A stretch of 64,000 bases of DNA, from the NCBI GenBank assembly GCA_043809245.1, contig JAZDDZ010000008.1, forward strand, positions 21,278-85,277. Direction: 5' to 3'. Below are positions 56,023-64,000 of the stretch, piece by piece (positions within the stretch are counted from its first letter, which is position 1; each line of letters begins with the position of its first letter). The stretch comes from Candidatus Iainarchaeum sp. (GTDB lineage Archaea > Iainarchaeota > Iainarchaeia > Iainarchaeales > JAZDDZ01). Below the pieces are notes generated by a model that was not told where the DNA came from, did no database searches, and saw nothing but the letters and a program-made list of their open reading frames with translations. A program made the translations under genes and the position numbers.

Positions 56023-56450
56023 TTTCAATAGAAGAGTTATATAGAATTCAATCTATTTTTTATTTTAGCACATTATCGCTTTTACTTTCTATCTACGCTA
56101 TGTTTTTATCACAGCAGGCTAATAGTTCAACTTTGTTGGGCCCTTTATCCCAAGGATTCTTTGTATTTTTCTTGATCGGGTATTACTATCTGTTTGTGAA
56201 CTTTTCAATAAATTTTTTGTCTAAAATAAATGACAAGTTTAGGCAATTATATAGCAAGTACAAATTAATCATCTGGATGATATTGGGGTTTATTGCGTTA
56301 ATTCTAATTGTGAGTTTTAGTTATTTATTCTGGAACAAAGAAAAAACTGTTGAAACAGTTCTGTCAGCACTCTTGCTTTCAGTAATTGCGGTATTAAGCT
56401 ACCTTGGCAAAAAAATTATAGATAAATATTTTCCTAATCTCTTAAAATAA
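56019..56450 (+). CDS. Hypothetical 4-TM protein
   Basis: Very AT-rich hydrophobic ORF. Confidence 0.6.
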   Translation: MISIEELYRIQSIFYFSTLSLLLSIYAMFLSQQANSSTLLGPLSQGFFVFFLIGYYYLFVNFSINFLSKINDKFRQLYSKYKLIIWMILGFIALILIVSFSYLFWNKEKTVETVLSALLLSVIAVLSYLGKKIIDKYFPNLLK

Positions 56451-56452
56451 AA

Positions 56453-57205
56453 TTAAATGTACTCTGTTATCATCGGCTGCTTTTTTTGCACGCCCTTGAT
56501 TGTCGCTTTCGGGTTGCCGATTTCAAAGTCAAAGTGCGCGAACTCCAAGCCATAATTTTCCAAAAGCTCCAATGCGTTTCTCCTGATTTCAGGCGCGACA
56601 AGGATTCCGCGTGTTTTCTTTCCCTTTATTTTTTCCACTTGCTTCATGTAGCGCTGCAATTGTGTTACCGCCGCAAAATCCGCTTGCCTGCGCTTCACTT
56701 CCACGACAACCAAATCCCCGTTCTTGTCTTCCGCTAAAATATCCACTACTCCCTTCCGAAAGGGGGACTCCTGTTTCAAGGGCTTTAATCCTTCTTCAAT
56801 GAATGACAAGTCGTTCATTAACTGGTTGCTTAGCTCGCGCTCCGAACCGAACAAGCGCAAATCGTTTGACTGCTGCATTTCATGCGAGTGGATTGCGTCA
56901 ACGCGGTAAAAGAAAACCTTTATTTCTTCGCGCGGATTCGTTTTCTTTGCAGTGAGCAAAAGCGCGCCGTCGGTTTCCTCGCAGCTGATGCGCGCGTTCA
57001 TCATGTAATTTGTCGGGCGAAGCAAGCGGTTCTGATGAATTGCAAAGGAATTGTCGCCCTTGACCATCAACAGGCGCTTTCCTTTCGGGAGCTTTGAGGC
57101 AGCGCGCCCCCAGTATTCGACATAGCAGTTCCCAATGACCAGCAACATTTCCTTGTTTTTGATTGCCGTGCCAATAAGGCCGTGTGCCTCGGTTAAGGAA
57201 AGCAT
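56453..57205 (-). CDS. nucS: Mismatch-specific endonuclease NucS/EndoMS
   Basis: C.V.Y.GRA.S.L, K.D.S..IH, P.NY, DILAED..G..VVVEVKR, QLQRY. Confidence 0.93.
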   Translation of the reverse strand: MLSLTEAHGLIGTAIKNKEMLLVIGNCYVEYWGRAASKLPKGKRLLMVKGDNSFAIHQNRLLRPTNYMMNARISCEETDGALLLTAKKTNPREEIKVFFYRVDAIHSHEMQQSNDLRLFGSERELSNQLMNDLSFIEEGLKPLKQESPFRKGVVDILAEDKNGDLVVVEVKRRQADFAAVTQLQRYMKQVEKIKGKKTRGILVAPEIRRNALELLENYGLEFAHFDFEIGNPKATIKGVQKKQPMITEYI

Positions 57206-57344
57206 GCAAGAGACAAAGGGGGAAGTGGTTAAAATTTTAACTGGAATCGTTGTTTTTTTCCGCGTATTTGAGGTTGTTGGGGATTTCGTAGGACATTAAA
57301 ACACCTTAAAAATATTTGTTTTATTATTTTTGTAAGTGTTAATT

Positions 57345-57668
57345 ATGCCTAGAAAATATTCTGGAATAGAAGGCGGGGTTGAGCGAAGAAAGATAATCCG
57401 AAGAAAAGCTGATTCATGCCATATAGAGGTCCAAAAATGGGAGAATGAAGCCAGGGTCCCGAAAGACCCTTCCTTGCTTAAACTTGCTGAAACTTTGGCT
57501 AGGAATGAAGGAATAACCCGCAAAGCTGCTTTAAAAAAAATTGCAGTAGATTTGGCGAGAAGATATAAAACAGCTTCAAAGGAATTAGATGAAGAATGTT
57601 TACAGGGGCAAATTGACCGCAGAAAAGTTGAAAGAAGAAAAATTCCTTTTGAATACCCGAAAAAATGA
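57345..57668 (+). CDS. Hypothetical basic protein
   Basis: MPRKYSG..ERRK...DRRKVERRK. Confidence 0.55.
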   Translation: MPRKYSGIEGGVERRKIIRRKADSCHIEVQKWENEARVPKDPSLLKLAETLARNEGITRKAALKKIAVDLARRYKTASKELDEECLQGQIDRRKVERRKIPFEYPKK

Positions 57669-57915
57669 TTTTTATTCATTTTCTCACTTTTTTTATTTTG
57701 CTGGCGTCGGCTGGACTGCTTTGACAACCGAGCCAACGTTTGCGGTTATTGCGCCGTATGCAAAGGAAATGAACCGAGAGTTGTCCATGGTTGAAAAGGC
57801 TGATTTTATTATGGCGTAGGCTATCATCATGGTGTTTATGGCTGCGATTATTTCTAATTATTGTTTCTTTTCCATTCAAAGCGATTATTAAAAATCTTTC
57901 CTGACATTTAATTGT

Positions 57916-58812
57916 TTGGTGAGCTTGTTGCAGAAAACTTTGAAGAACACTTTTCGGTTGAAGGCTGGCTTGGCGCGGATGCTGAAGGGCGGCGTGATAA
58001 TGGATGTCGTTAACGCGGAACATGCAGTAATAGCCGAGAAAGCAGGCGCTGTTGCAGTGATGGCTCTTGAACGCGTTCCCTCTGACATTAGGAAGGATGG
58101 CGGCGTTGCGAGAATGTCTGACCCTAAAATGATTAAGGAAATAATGGCTGCTGTAAGCATTCCTGTAATGGCTAAGGCAAGGATTGGGCATTTTGTTGAA
58201 GCCCAGGTGCTTGAATCGCTTGGCGTGGACTACATTGATGAAAGCGAGGTCCTTACTCCCGCGGATGAGGAAGCCCACATTGAAAAGCGCGCATTCAAGG
58301 TTCCATTTGTCTGCGGGGCAGTTAATTTAGGCGAGGCATTGAGGAGAATCAATGAAGGCGCTGCAATGATTAGGACAAAAGGCGAGGCCGGAACTGGAAA
58401 CGTTGTTGAGGCTGTAAGGCACTGCAAGAAAATTTCAAGTGAAATGGCTGCATTGAAGGGCATGAAGGAAAATGGGCTGAAGAAAAGGGCTTTGGAAATG
58501 CGTGTTCCATTAAAGCTTGTTAAGGAAGTTAGGGCTTTGGGCAGATTGCCTGTTGTTAATTTTGCAGCGGGTGGAATTGCGACCCCGGCTGATGCTGCAA
58601 TGATGATGCAGTTGGGCATGGATGGCGTGTTTGTTGGTTCCGGCATATTCAAGTCCTCTAATCCGGCAAAAATGGCCAAGGCAATTGTTGAGGCAACAGC
58701 GCAATTCAATTCCCCTGCAGTAATTGCAAGGGCTTCAGAGGGAACTGGAAGCGCAATGAAGGGCCTTGAAATAGACAAGCTTGAGACAAAAATGCAGAAA
58801 AGAGGATGGTAA
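57916..58812 (+). CDS. pdxS: PLP synthase subunit PdxS
   Basis: [51 protein letters not shown]. Confidence 0.98.
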   Translation: MVSLLQKTLKNTFRLKAGLARMLKGGVIMDVVNAEHAVIAEKAGAVAVMALERVPSDIRKDGGVARMSDPKMIKEIMAAVSIPVMAKARIGHFVEAQVLESLGVDYIDESEVLTPADEEAHIEKRAFKVPFVCGAVNLGEALRRINEGAAMIRTKGEAGTGNVVEAVRHCKKISSEMAALKGMKENGLKKRALEMRVPLKLVKEVRALGRLPVVNFAAGGIATPADAAMMMQLGMDGVFVGSGIFKSSNPAKMAKAIVEATAQFNSPAVIARASEGTGSAMKGLEIDKLETKMQKRGW

Positions 58813-58815
58813 CAA

Positions 58816-59388
58816 TTGATTGGCGTTTTGGCGCTCCAAGGCGGAGTCAGGGAACACGTTGAAGCGCTTTCAATGCTTGGCGTTAAAGCAATTGAAGTGA
58901 AAACACCCGAACAGCTCTCGGGCTTGAATGGCTTGGTTATTCCCGGGGGAGAAAGCACTAACCTCAGAAAGCTGATTGCAAGATTTGGCTTGAAGGAAAA
59001 AATTGTCTTAGAACACGAAAAGGGAATGGCTTTGTTCGGCACCTGCGCCGGGGCAATTGTTTTATCCAAAAAAATTGAGGGCGAAAAGCCATTTATTCCA
59101 GCACTCGGGGTTACTGCAAAAAGGAATTCTTACGGAAGGCAACTTGACAGCTTTGAAGCAATGGTTTCAGTCAAAGGCATTGGAAAAGATTTTCCCGCAG
59201 TTTTCATTCGCGCGCCGGAATTCACTGCACCTGAAAAAAGCGTTGAGGTTTTGGCGGAATTCAACGGAAAACCTGTTTTGCTCAGGGAAGGGAACGTGCT
59301 GCTTTCGTCATTTCACCCTGAACTCACAAAAGACACCCGCGTCCACGAATTGTTCCTGAAAATCGCGGGAGAGAAAAAAAAGAAATAA
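58816..59388 (+). CDS. pdxT: PLP synthase glutaminase PdxT
   Basis: GVLALQG, PGGEST, GTCAG, FIRAP, FHPEL. Confidence 0.97.
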   Translation: MIGVLALQGGVREHVEALSMLGVKAIEVKTPEQLSGLNGLVIPGGESTNLRKLIARFGLKEKIVLEHEKGMALFGTCAGAIVLSKKIEGEKPFIPALGVTAKRNSYGRQLDSFEAMVSVKGIGKDFPAVFIRAPEFTAPEKSVEVLAEFNGKPVLLREGNVLLSSFHPELTKDTRVHELFLKIAGEKKKK

Positions 59389-59397
59389 CCGCGCGGT

Positions 59398-60312
59398 TCA
59401 CCTTATTTCCAGCATTCTTTGGATTGCAGCAACCGCTTTCCTCGAGGTTTCAGGCGGCAACTGCACTTCAAACTGTTCCTTGAGCAGTGCTTTGTAAAGC
59501 TTTTCAAGCGTGATGTCCTTCATTTGCAGGCAGACAGCGTCACTGCAGGCAGGGTAAAACTTTTTTTCAGGGTTTTCTTTTTCAAGGCGGTGCAGCAAGC
59601 CTACCTCTGTTGCGATGATGAATTCCTTTGCATCGCTTTCCTTGCAGTAGCGCAGCATTCCACTAGTGCTTTTCACTGCATGCGCTTTTTCCTGAATCTC
59701 AAAATCGCATTCAGGGTGCGCGACAACCTCTGCGCCAGGATGCTCTTTAAGGATTGCCTCTATTTCATTCCATGAAAATTTTTTATGCGTGTAACAAAAG
59801 CCTTTCTCAGGCAAATGAATTATTTTCTTGGAGCTTCTTTTCTGCACAAACAAGCCCAAGTTCCTATCAGGCCCGAAAATCACTTCCTCTTGCGGCAAAG
59901 CGTTAACAACTTTGTCAGCGTTAGCGGAAGTGCAGCAGACATCAGCCAACGCCTTGCATTCAGCGCTTGAATTCACGTAAAGAACGACCGCGGCATCAGG
60001 GTGCCTTTTTTTCGCCTCAATTATGTCCTTTGGCTTAAGCATTCCCGACATAGGGCAATGGGAAGTCATTGAAGGAATCAAGACCTTTTTTTCAGGGTTA
60101 AGCAATTTTGCGGTTTCAGCCATGAAGTCAACGCCGCACATGACAATCATTTTCGCGTTTGCCTGTGTTGCCTTCCTTGCAAGCTCAAGGGAATCTCCTA
60201 CAAAATCAGCCAGGTCCTGAATGGGGTCAATTTGATAGTTATGCGAGAGAATCACGGCATTCTTTTCTGTACGCAGCCGCTTGATTTCGGAAATCATTTG
60301 CCCTTGGTTCAT
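59398..60312 (-). CDS. nadA: Quinolinate synthase
   Basis: HNYQ, GDSLELA, CGVDFMAE, YVNSSA, AHPEC, C.QM. Confidence 0.97.
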   Translation of the reverse strand: MNQGQMISEIKRLRTEKNAVILSHNYQIDPIQDLADFVGDSLELARKATQANAKMIVMCGVDFMAETAKLLNPEKKVLIPSMTSHCPMSGMLKPKDIIEAKKRHPDAAVVLYVNSSAECKALADVCCTSANADKVVNALPQEEVIFGPDRNLGLFVQKRSSKKIIHLPEKGFCYTHKKFSWNEIEAILKEHPGAEVVAHPECDFEIQEKAHAVKSTSGMLRYCKESDAKEFIIATEVGLLHRLEKENPEKKFYPACSDAVCLQMKDITLEKLYKALLKEQFEVQLPPETSRKAVAAIQRMLEIR

Positions 60313-60428
60313 CTGATTACCTGTATTTCTGAAGCGCCTCATCTGCGCAAATATACTTTAAGCCTTTTGCTTTCATTTCGGCTTGCTCTTTCTTTATTTT
60401 ACGTTCAACCAGAATTAATTCAACACTT

Positions 60429-61181
60429 TTAAGCATAGAAACTAATCCCCCTGGAAATCTTTTTAATTGAATCAAACGCGCTTAATGCAGCCAGTCCGCT
60501 TGTTGCGGGGTTTTTGCTTGGCGTGTTTTCAACGCGGATTAAGAAGCTGCCAAAAGCACCTTTTGCGCGGATTGTATGCGAATTCGTTTTTGCCGCCGGG
60601 TCGGAAACAAGTTTCACTTTTGTTTTTTCAAAGCCGATTCCATTCAGTGAAAGCGTTGCCGCAACGTTCACGTTTTTCGGGTAAAGCCTGCAGCCCTCGC
60701 GCGCAGAGCCCTCAAAAACAATTGTTTCACTGGAATCGCCCCTGCCCAAAGACTTTGGGTTTTTGCGGGTTTCAATTTCAACTGATTCAAGCTGTTGTTT
60801 TGCAGCGCTCAAGCCGTCTAAACCAATGATTGCGCCTGAGGGAAGGAATAATTTTTTTCCGCTTTTTTTGCAGGCTGAGGCAATTTTTCCCTCAATCTTT
60901 TTGTCTGCAAGCGAGCCAACAGACATTAAGAGCAAATCCGCTTCACCCAAAATTTTTTCACCGAATTCTTTCACGGCTTCATGGCTTGCGGCTTCCACAA
61001 CCAGTTCGGGTTTCATTGAAAAGCCTTCCTCAAGCGACTGCACTGCAAGGCCTTTAGGCAATCCCTTTGTTTTGCCTTTGTCCTTGTCCAGAACGAAAAC
61101 AACCCTCATGCCTGCATCCTTCCCAATCAGTTCATATAGCTTTGAGCCGATTGCGCCAAAGCCAATCAAGCCGATTCTCAT
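60429..61181 (-). CDS. nadX: Aspartate dehydrogenase
   Basis: GFGAIG, VEAAS, PSGAI.GLD, P.NVNVAA, NP.TS.LAA. Confidence 0.93.
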   Translation of the reverse strand: MRIGLIGFGAIGSKLYELIGKDAGMRVVFVLDKDKGKTKGLPKGLAVQSLEEGFSMKPELVVEAASHEAVKEFGEKILGEADLLLMSVGSLADKKIEGKIASACKKSGKKLFLPSGAIIGLDGLSAAKQQLESVEIETRKNPKSLGRGDSSETIVFEGSAREGCRLYPKNVNVAATLSLNGIGFEKTKVKLVSDPAAKTNSHTIRAKGAFGSFLIRVENTPSKNPATSGLAALSAFDSIKKISRGISFYA

Positions 61182-61537
61182 TTTCCTTCACCTTTCCCTG
61201 TTGAAAGCGATAACTGCATTTTGTTCAGGCCTGTTTGATAATCCACAAAAATCTTTTCCCCTTTTTTCAGGAACTTGCCCGCGATGTGCAGAAACTGCGG
61301 GAGCGAGGAAAAAATCATTCCAATGTTTATGAGAACGTAAAAAATTATTATTGCAAGGCCGGGGAGGAATAAATAATCGTCAATGAACTGCACATTGGTT
61401 TCAGTGAAAAAAAACAAGGCAAGGCCTGAAAGCCAGAAAATCAGGGAAACGTTTGCAAGCCATGCATCACGAAGTGAAATAAACGCTTTTTCCGGGGCGG
61501 CACTTTCCCTTGAACCGAGTGAAAAGGCTAAGCGCAT
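61178..61537 (-). CDS. Hypothetical 2-TM protein within nad operon
   Basis: GGAGTG RBS before MRLAFS; ATGA overlap with nadX. Confidence 0.6.
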   Translation of the reverse strand: MRLAFSLGSRESAAPEKAFISLRDAWLANVSLIFWLSGLALFFFTETNVQFIDDYLFLPGLAIIIFYVLINIGMIFSSLPQFLHIAGKFLKKGEKIFVDYQTGLNKMQLSLSTGKGEGK

Positions 61538-61544
61538 CTGCTTT

Positions 61545-62060
61545 TCACTCCTTTTTTTCCTGCGCGTGAATCGCATTGATTCTTTCAACCGCGTTTATTT
61601 CGGAAAGATATGCTGCAACTGCTTTTGGCACGAGTTCTTTCCATTTTCCGCCTTCAAGCATCTGCTTCCTTATCTCCTTTGAGTCAATCCAGGCGTGGTT
61701 TGAAACCATTTTCTTGACTTTCTGCTTTTCTTCCTTGAACAATTGCGCGACAAGGGGATTGTTTGTGTAAACTGTTTCAAATGAAGGGCAGTGGCTTCTC
61801 ACCCTCGCAACCCACAACGAGAATTCATCAATGTTCGGCACAGGCACAATGAAGCAGCGCGCGAAAAGACTGTCGGCTTTCAATGCGCGGGAAATCATTT
61901 CAATCCTTTCCCCTGTATTGAACGGGTTTTCCGCGTGATAGCTTTGGTCCGTTGACCCAATGACTATTACAAGTTCGTCAACTTCCTTTAACGCGTTTTT
62001 CACTGCGTTATGGTGCCCCAAGTGATAGGGCTGGAACCTGCCTACAATCAATCCACGCAT
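61545..62060 (-). CDS. nadM: Nicotinamide-nucleotide adenylyltransferase (archaeal)
   Basis: GRFQPYHLGH, NPF.TGER, W.ELVP. Confidence 0.93.
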   Translation of the reverse strand: MRGLIVGRFQPYHLGHHNAVKNALKEVDELVIVIGSTDQSYHAENPFNTGERIEMISRALKADSLFARCFIVPVPNIDEFSLWVARVRSHCPSFETVYTNNPLVAQLFKEEKQKVKKMVSNHAWIDSKEIRKQMLEGGKWKELVPKAVAAYLSEINAVERINAIHAQEKKE

Positions 62061-62071
62061 AAAACATTTCC

Positions 62072-62908
62072 TCATTTAACAGTTTTTATCTTTAACGAAA
62101 AGTCAATCCACTCCGCGTTCTTTGTTATTGCACCCAAAGAAATCACATCAGGCTTTAACGCAGCATATTTTTCAATATTTTCAAGCGAGATTCCACCGCT
62201 TAACTCAATGATTGAATTCCCTTTTTTCCTTATGCCTTCAATTCCTTTTTTTGCATCTTCCGCTGAAAAATTGTCCAGCATTATTATGTCGGCTTTTGCC
62301 TCCGCGGCTTCAACCGCCTCTTTTGCGCTTGTTGTTTCAACTTCAATTTTTTTGCTGAAGCTTGTCTTCTTTTTCGCTGCATTGACTGCCTCTTTCACTG
62401 AACCAAAAAAAGCCAAGTGATTGCCTTTCAATAAAACCATGTCGCTTAAGTTGAGCCTGTGGGGGTCGGCTCCTCCTATTGCTGCTGCTTTTTTGTCCAG
62501 TTCGTTCAGGCCGGGAAAGGTTTTCCTTGTGACCGCTACCCTGATGCCCGCGGCTTTTTCCGCTGCATTCGCACACGCTGTTGCGACTCCGCTCATTCTC
62601 CCCAAAACATTCAACAGCGTTCGCTCCAATTGGAGTATTGGCTGGTTTGAGCCGTTAATGCGCATGACAATCGTGCCCGGCTTTACCCTGCTTCCATCAG
62701 AGAAAGGCGCCTCAGCCTTTAAGCTGTAATGCCAGCACAAAAAAAGGCATTCCTCTATTCCCGCCAGAACGCAGTCTCTTTGGGCGAAAACCTCCGCAAC
62801 GCATTCATCCTCTGGCACGATTGCAGTGGTCACGTCCCCGTAAGCGATGTCGGATTCCACGAACTCCAACAGCCTCTTCCTAACGAAAGGCGGAACACCT
62901 GATTCCAT
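62072..62908 (-). CDS. nadC: Quinolinate phosphoribosyltransferase
   Basis: GDVTT, ER..LN, TRKT.PG, HR..LSD, EVET, IMLDN, SGGI. Confidence 0.95.
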   Translation of the reverse strand: MESGVPPFVRKRLLEFVESDIAYGDVTTAIVPEDECVAEVFAQRDCVLAGIEECLFLCWHYSLKAEAPFSDGSRVKPGTIVMRINGSNQPILQLERTLLNVLGRMSGVATACANAAEKAAGIRVAVTRKTFPGLNELDKKAAAIGGADPHRLNLSDMVLLKGNHLAFFGSVKEAVNAAKKKTSFSKKIEVETTSAKEAVEAAEAKADIIMLDNFSAEDAKKGIEGIRKKGNSIIELSGGISLENIEKYAALKPDVISLGAITKNAEWIDFSLKIKTVK

Positions 62909-62962
62909 AAAATGAATGGAAGGCGTTAATTATTTAAGCGGGACTTTGGCTATAAGTTATTC

Positions 62963-63295
62963 ATGGCTTCAAATGCAGGCGTTTCGCGTTTTTTTCAGGG
63001 AAGCAAGCCACGCTCTTTTACAGGTGTCTTGAAAAAGGAAAGGCAAAAATACCGTTCAATAAAAGGAATGCTTTACCCGCGAAGGGCTGAGCCTAAAAGG
63101 GCTTTTACTGGAATTTCAAAAAAAGAAAGGCAAAAATACCGTTCAATAAAAGGAATGCTTTACCCGCGAAGGGCTGAGCCTAAACTGGAAATCAATCCTG
63201 ATAAAATTAACCTGCTTAATGTAAGAGAATATCCTGCGTTGCAAAGCAAATTAGTTCCGTTGCCGAGAGAAACCTTTATCCCCTTTAGGGGATAG
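62963..63295 (+). CDS. Hypothetical basic protein with a 29-aa tandem duplication, possibly truncated by the IS
   Basis: KKERQKYRSIKGMLYPRRAEPK x2; stop lies at the edge of the IS-like hairpin. Confidence 0.5.
   Translation: MASNAGVSRFFQGSKPRSFTGVLKKERQKYRSIKGMLYPRRAEPKRAFTGISKKERQKYRSIKGMLYPRRAEPKLEINPDKINLLNVREYPALQSKLVPLPRETFIPFRG
63038..63184. repeat. 60-bp identical direct repeat, period 87 bp
   Basis: 63038-63097 = 63125-63184. Confidence 0.95.
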
Positions 63296-64000
63296 ATGAA
63301 TCGAGGCTTTGGTGAGGGGTTGTTAAGGGGAACAGCCAGATGGTCCCCTTAAACGCACTAATTCTGTAATTTTTTCTGAGAAAAAGCACTGTCGGCGCGG
63401 GCGCGCTTCGCGCGCTAACCCGCGCCTTACTTGTATATTTTTGTGTAGCGATAGCTTTCAAAAACAGTGCGGTTTTTCTCGGGAGCTGAAAAAACATGAA
63501 ATCTGAAATAAAGTTGACGAGATACGCGCACTGTGTTGGTGAATCGAATTTGCATTTGCAGTTCACGCCAAAGTATCGAAAAAAAATATTCAAAGACAAG
63601 GATGTACGCGCTGAATGCGAGGAAGAGTTCAAACGAATAGCCACAAAATTGAATGTCCAGTTGTCAGGCATTGGCATTGGGCCTGATCACGCGCACGTGT
63701 TTGTTTCAAACTGGAAAAACCACAGCATTGCCCAGTTAGCGCAGAGATTCAAAGGCGCGAGTTCAAGGCACATCCGCCAAAAATACCCCGTAAGACTCGC
63801 AGTGCATGATTTGCACGGCGACCAGCTATGGAGCGACGGATACTTCCACAGAACAGTCGGAGCAGTGACAACAGAAGCAATGCGCAAATACGTCACAGAA
63901 AGCCAACAAAAACACTGGACAGCAGAAAAACCCAAACCCGCGCAAACCACGCTACTACAATTCAATTAAACCAGTGACGCCTGCCGCTTCAGCGGCAGGT
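63277..64000 (+). mobile_element. IS200/IS605-family element, apparently TnpA only
   Basis: Left hairpin TATCCCC-TTTA-GGGGATA (63277-63294), right hairpin CCTGCCGC-TTCA-GCGGCAGG (63980-63999), TnpA between them. Confidence 0.75.
63496..63969 (+). CDS. tnpA: IS200-family HUH (Y1) transposase
   Basis: HLQFTPKYRK, DHAH (HUH), FKGASSR, LWS.GYF..TVG, catalytic Y in RKYV..Q. Confidence 0.95.
   Translation: MKSEIKLTRYAHCVGESNLHLQFTPKYRKKIFKDKDVRAECEEEFKRIATKLNVQLSGIGIGPDHAHVFVSNWKNHSIAQLAQRFKGASSRHIRQKYPVRLAVHDLHGDQLWSDGYFHRTVGAVTTEAMRKYVTESQQKHWTAEKPKPAQTTLLQFN

Noticed and set aside
57228-57241. Perfect palindrome GTTAAAATTTTAAC upstream of nucS
   Set aside because: Almost all A/T and at TATA-box distance; explained as a promoter element.
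57676-59069. Long minus-strand ORFs (200 and 279 aa)
   Set aside because: Antisense to pdxS/pdxT, with no recognisable motifs.
63038-63184. 60-bp direct repeat as CRISPR or att site
   Set aside because: Only two copies, in frame (87-bp period), and the intervening sequence is also similar; it is a coding duplication.
1-64000. rRNA, tRNA, integrase or provirus
   Set aside because: None recognised by eye and intergenic gaps are short; a tRNAscan/Infernal run would be needed to exclude small RNAs formally.

Overview
A gene-dense archaeal window. Archaeal markers include Dph5, Trm5/Taw2, NucS, DUF357, DUF63, TrmB, split GcvPA/PB, TATA-like promoters and GGTG/GGAG ribosome-binding sites. The giant membrane-anchored protein at the left edge, the many basic ORFans and the bacterial-type anabolic genes suggest a DPANN archaeon, possibly Iainarchaeota/Diapherotrites; this is inference. 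Housekeeping content: one-carbon metabolism (ahcY, lplA/lplB, gcvT-H-PA-PB with a Nox/CoADR-family flavoprotein, fhs, a SerB-like HAD), an Fe-S operon (regulator-iscS-iscU-cysteine synthase), de novo NAD and PLP synthesis, ribBA, prs, eno, adk, two ABC transporters, three toxin-antitoxin-like pairs and an IS200-type tnpA at the right edge. The main highlights are: (i) full-length LAGLIDADG inteins in two unusual hosts, IscU (splice junction on an Fe-S ligand Cys) and a polyprenyl/GGPP synthase (just before the first DDxxD); (ii) a tetraether-synthase (Tes)-like radical SAM gene; (iii) a dispersed set of ORFans with basic N-termini, some with degenerate methyltransferase, GNAT or kinase folds; (iv) single-gene insertions bracketed by duplicated host sequence; (v) a four-unit alternating inverted-repeat array upstream of a small membrane protein; (vi) a probable ATA start codon. 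No rRNA, tRNA or CRISPR array was seen.
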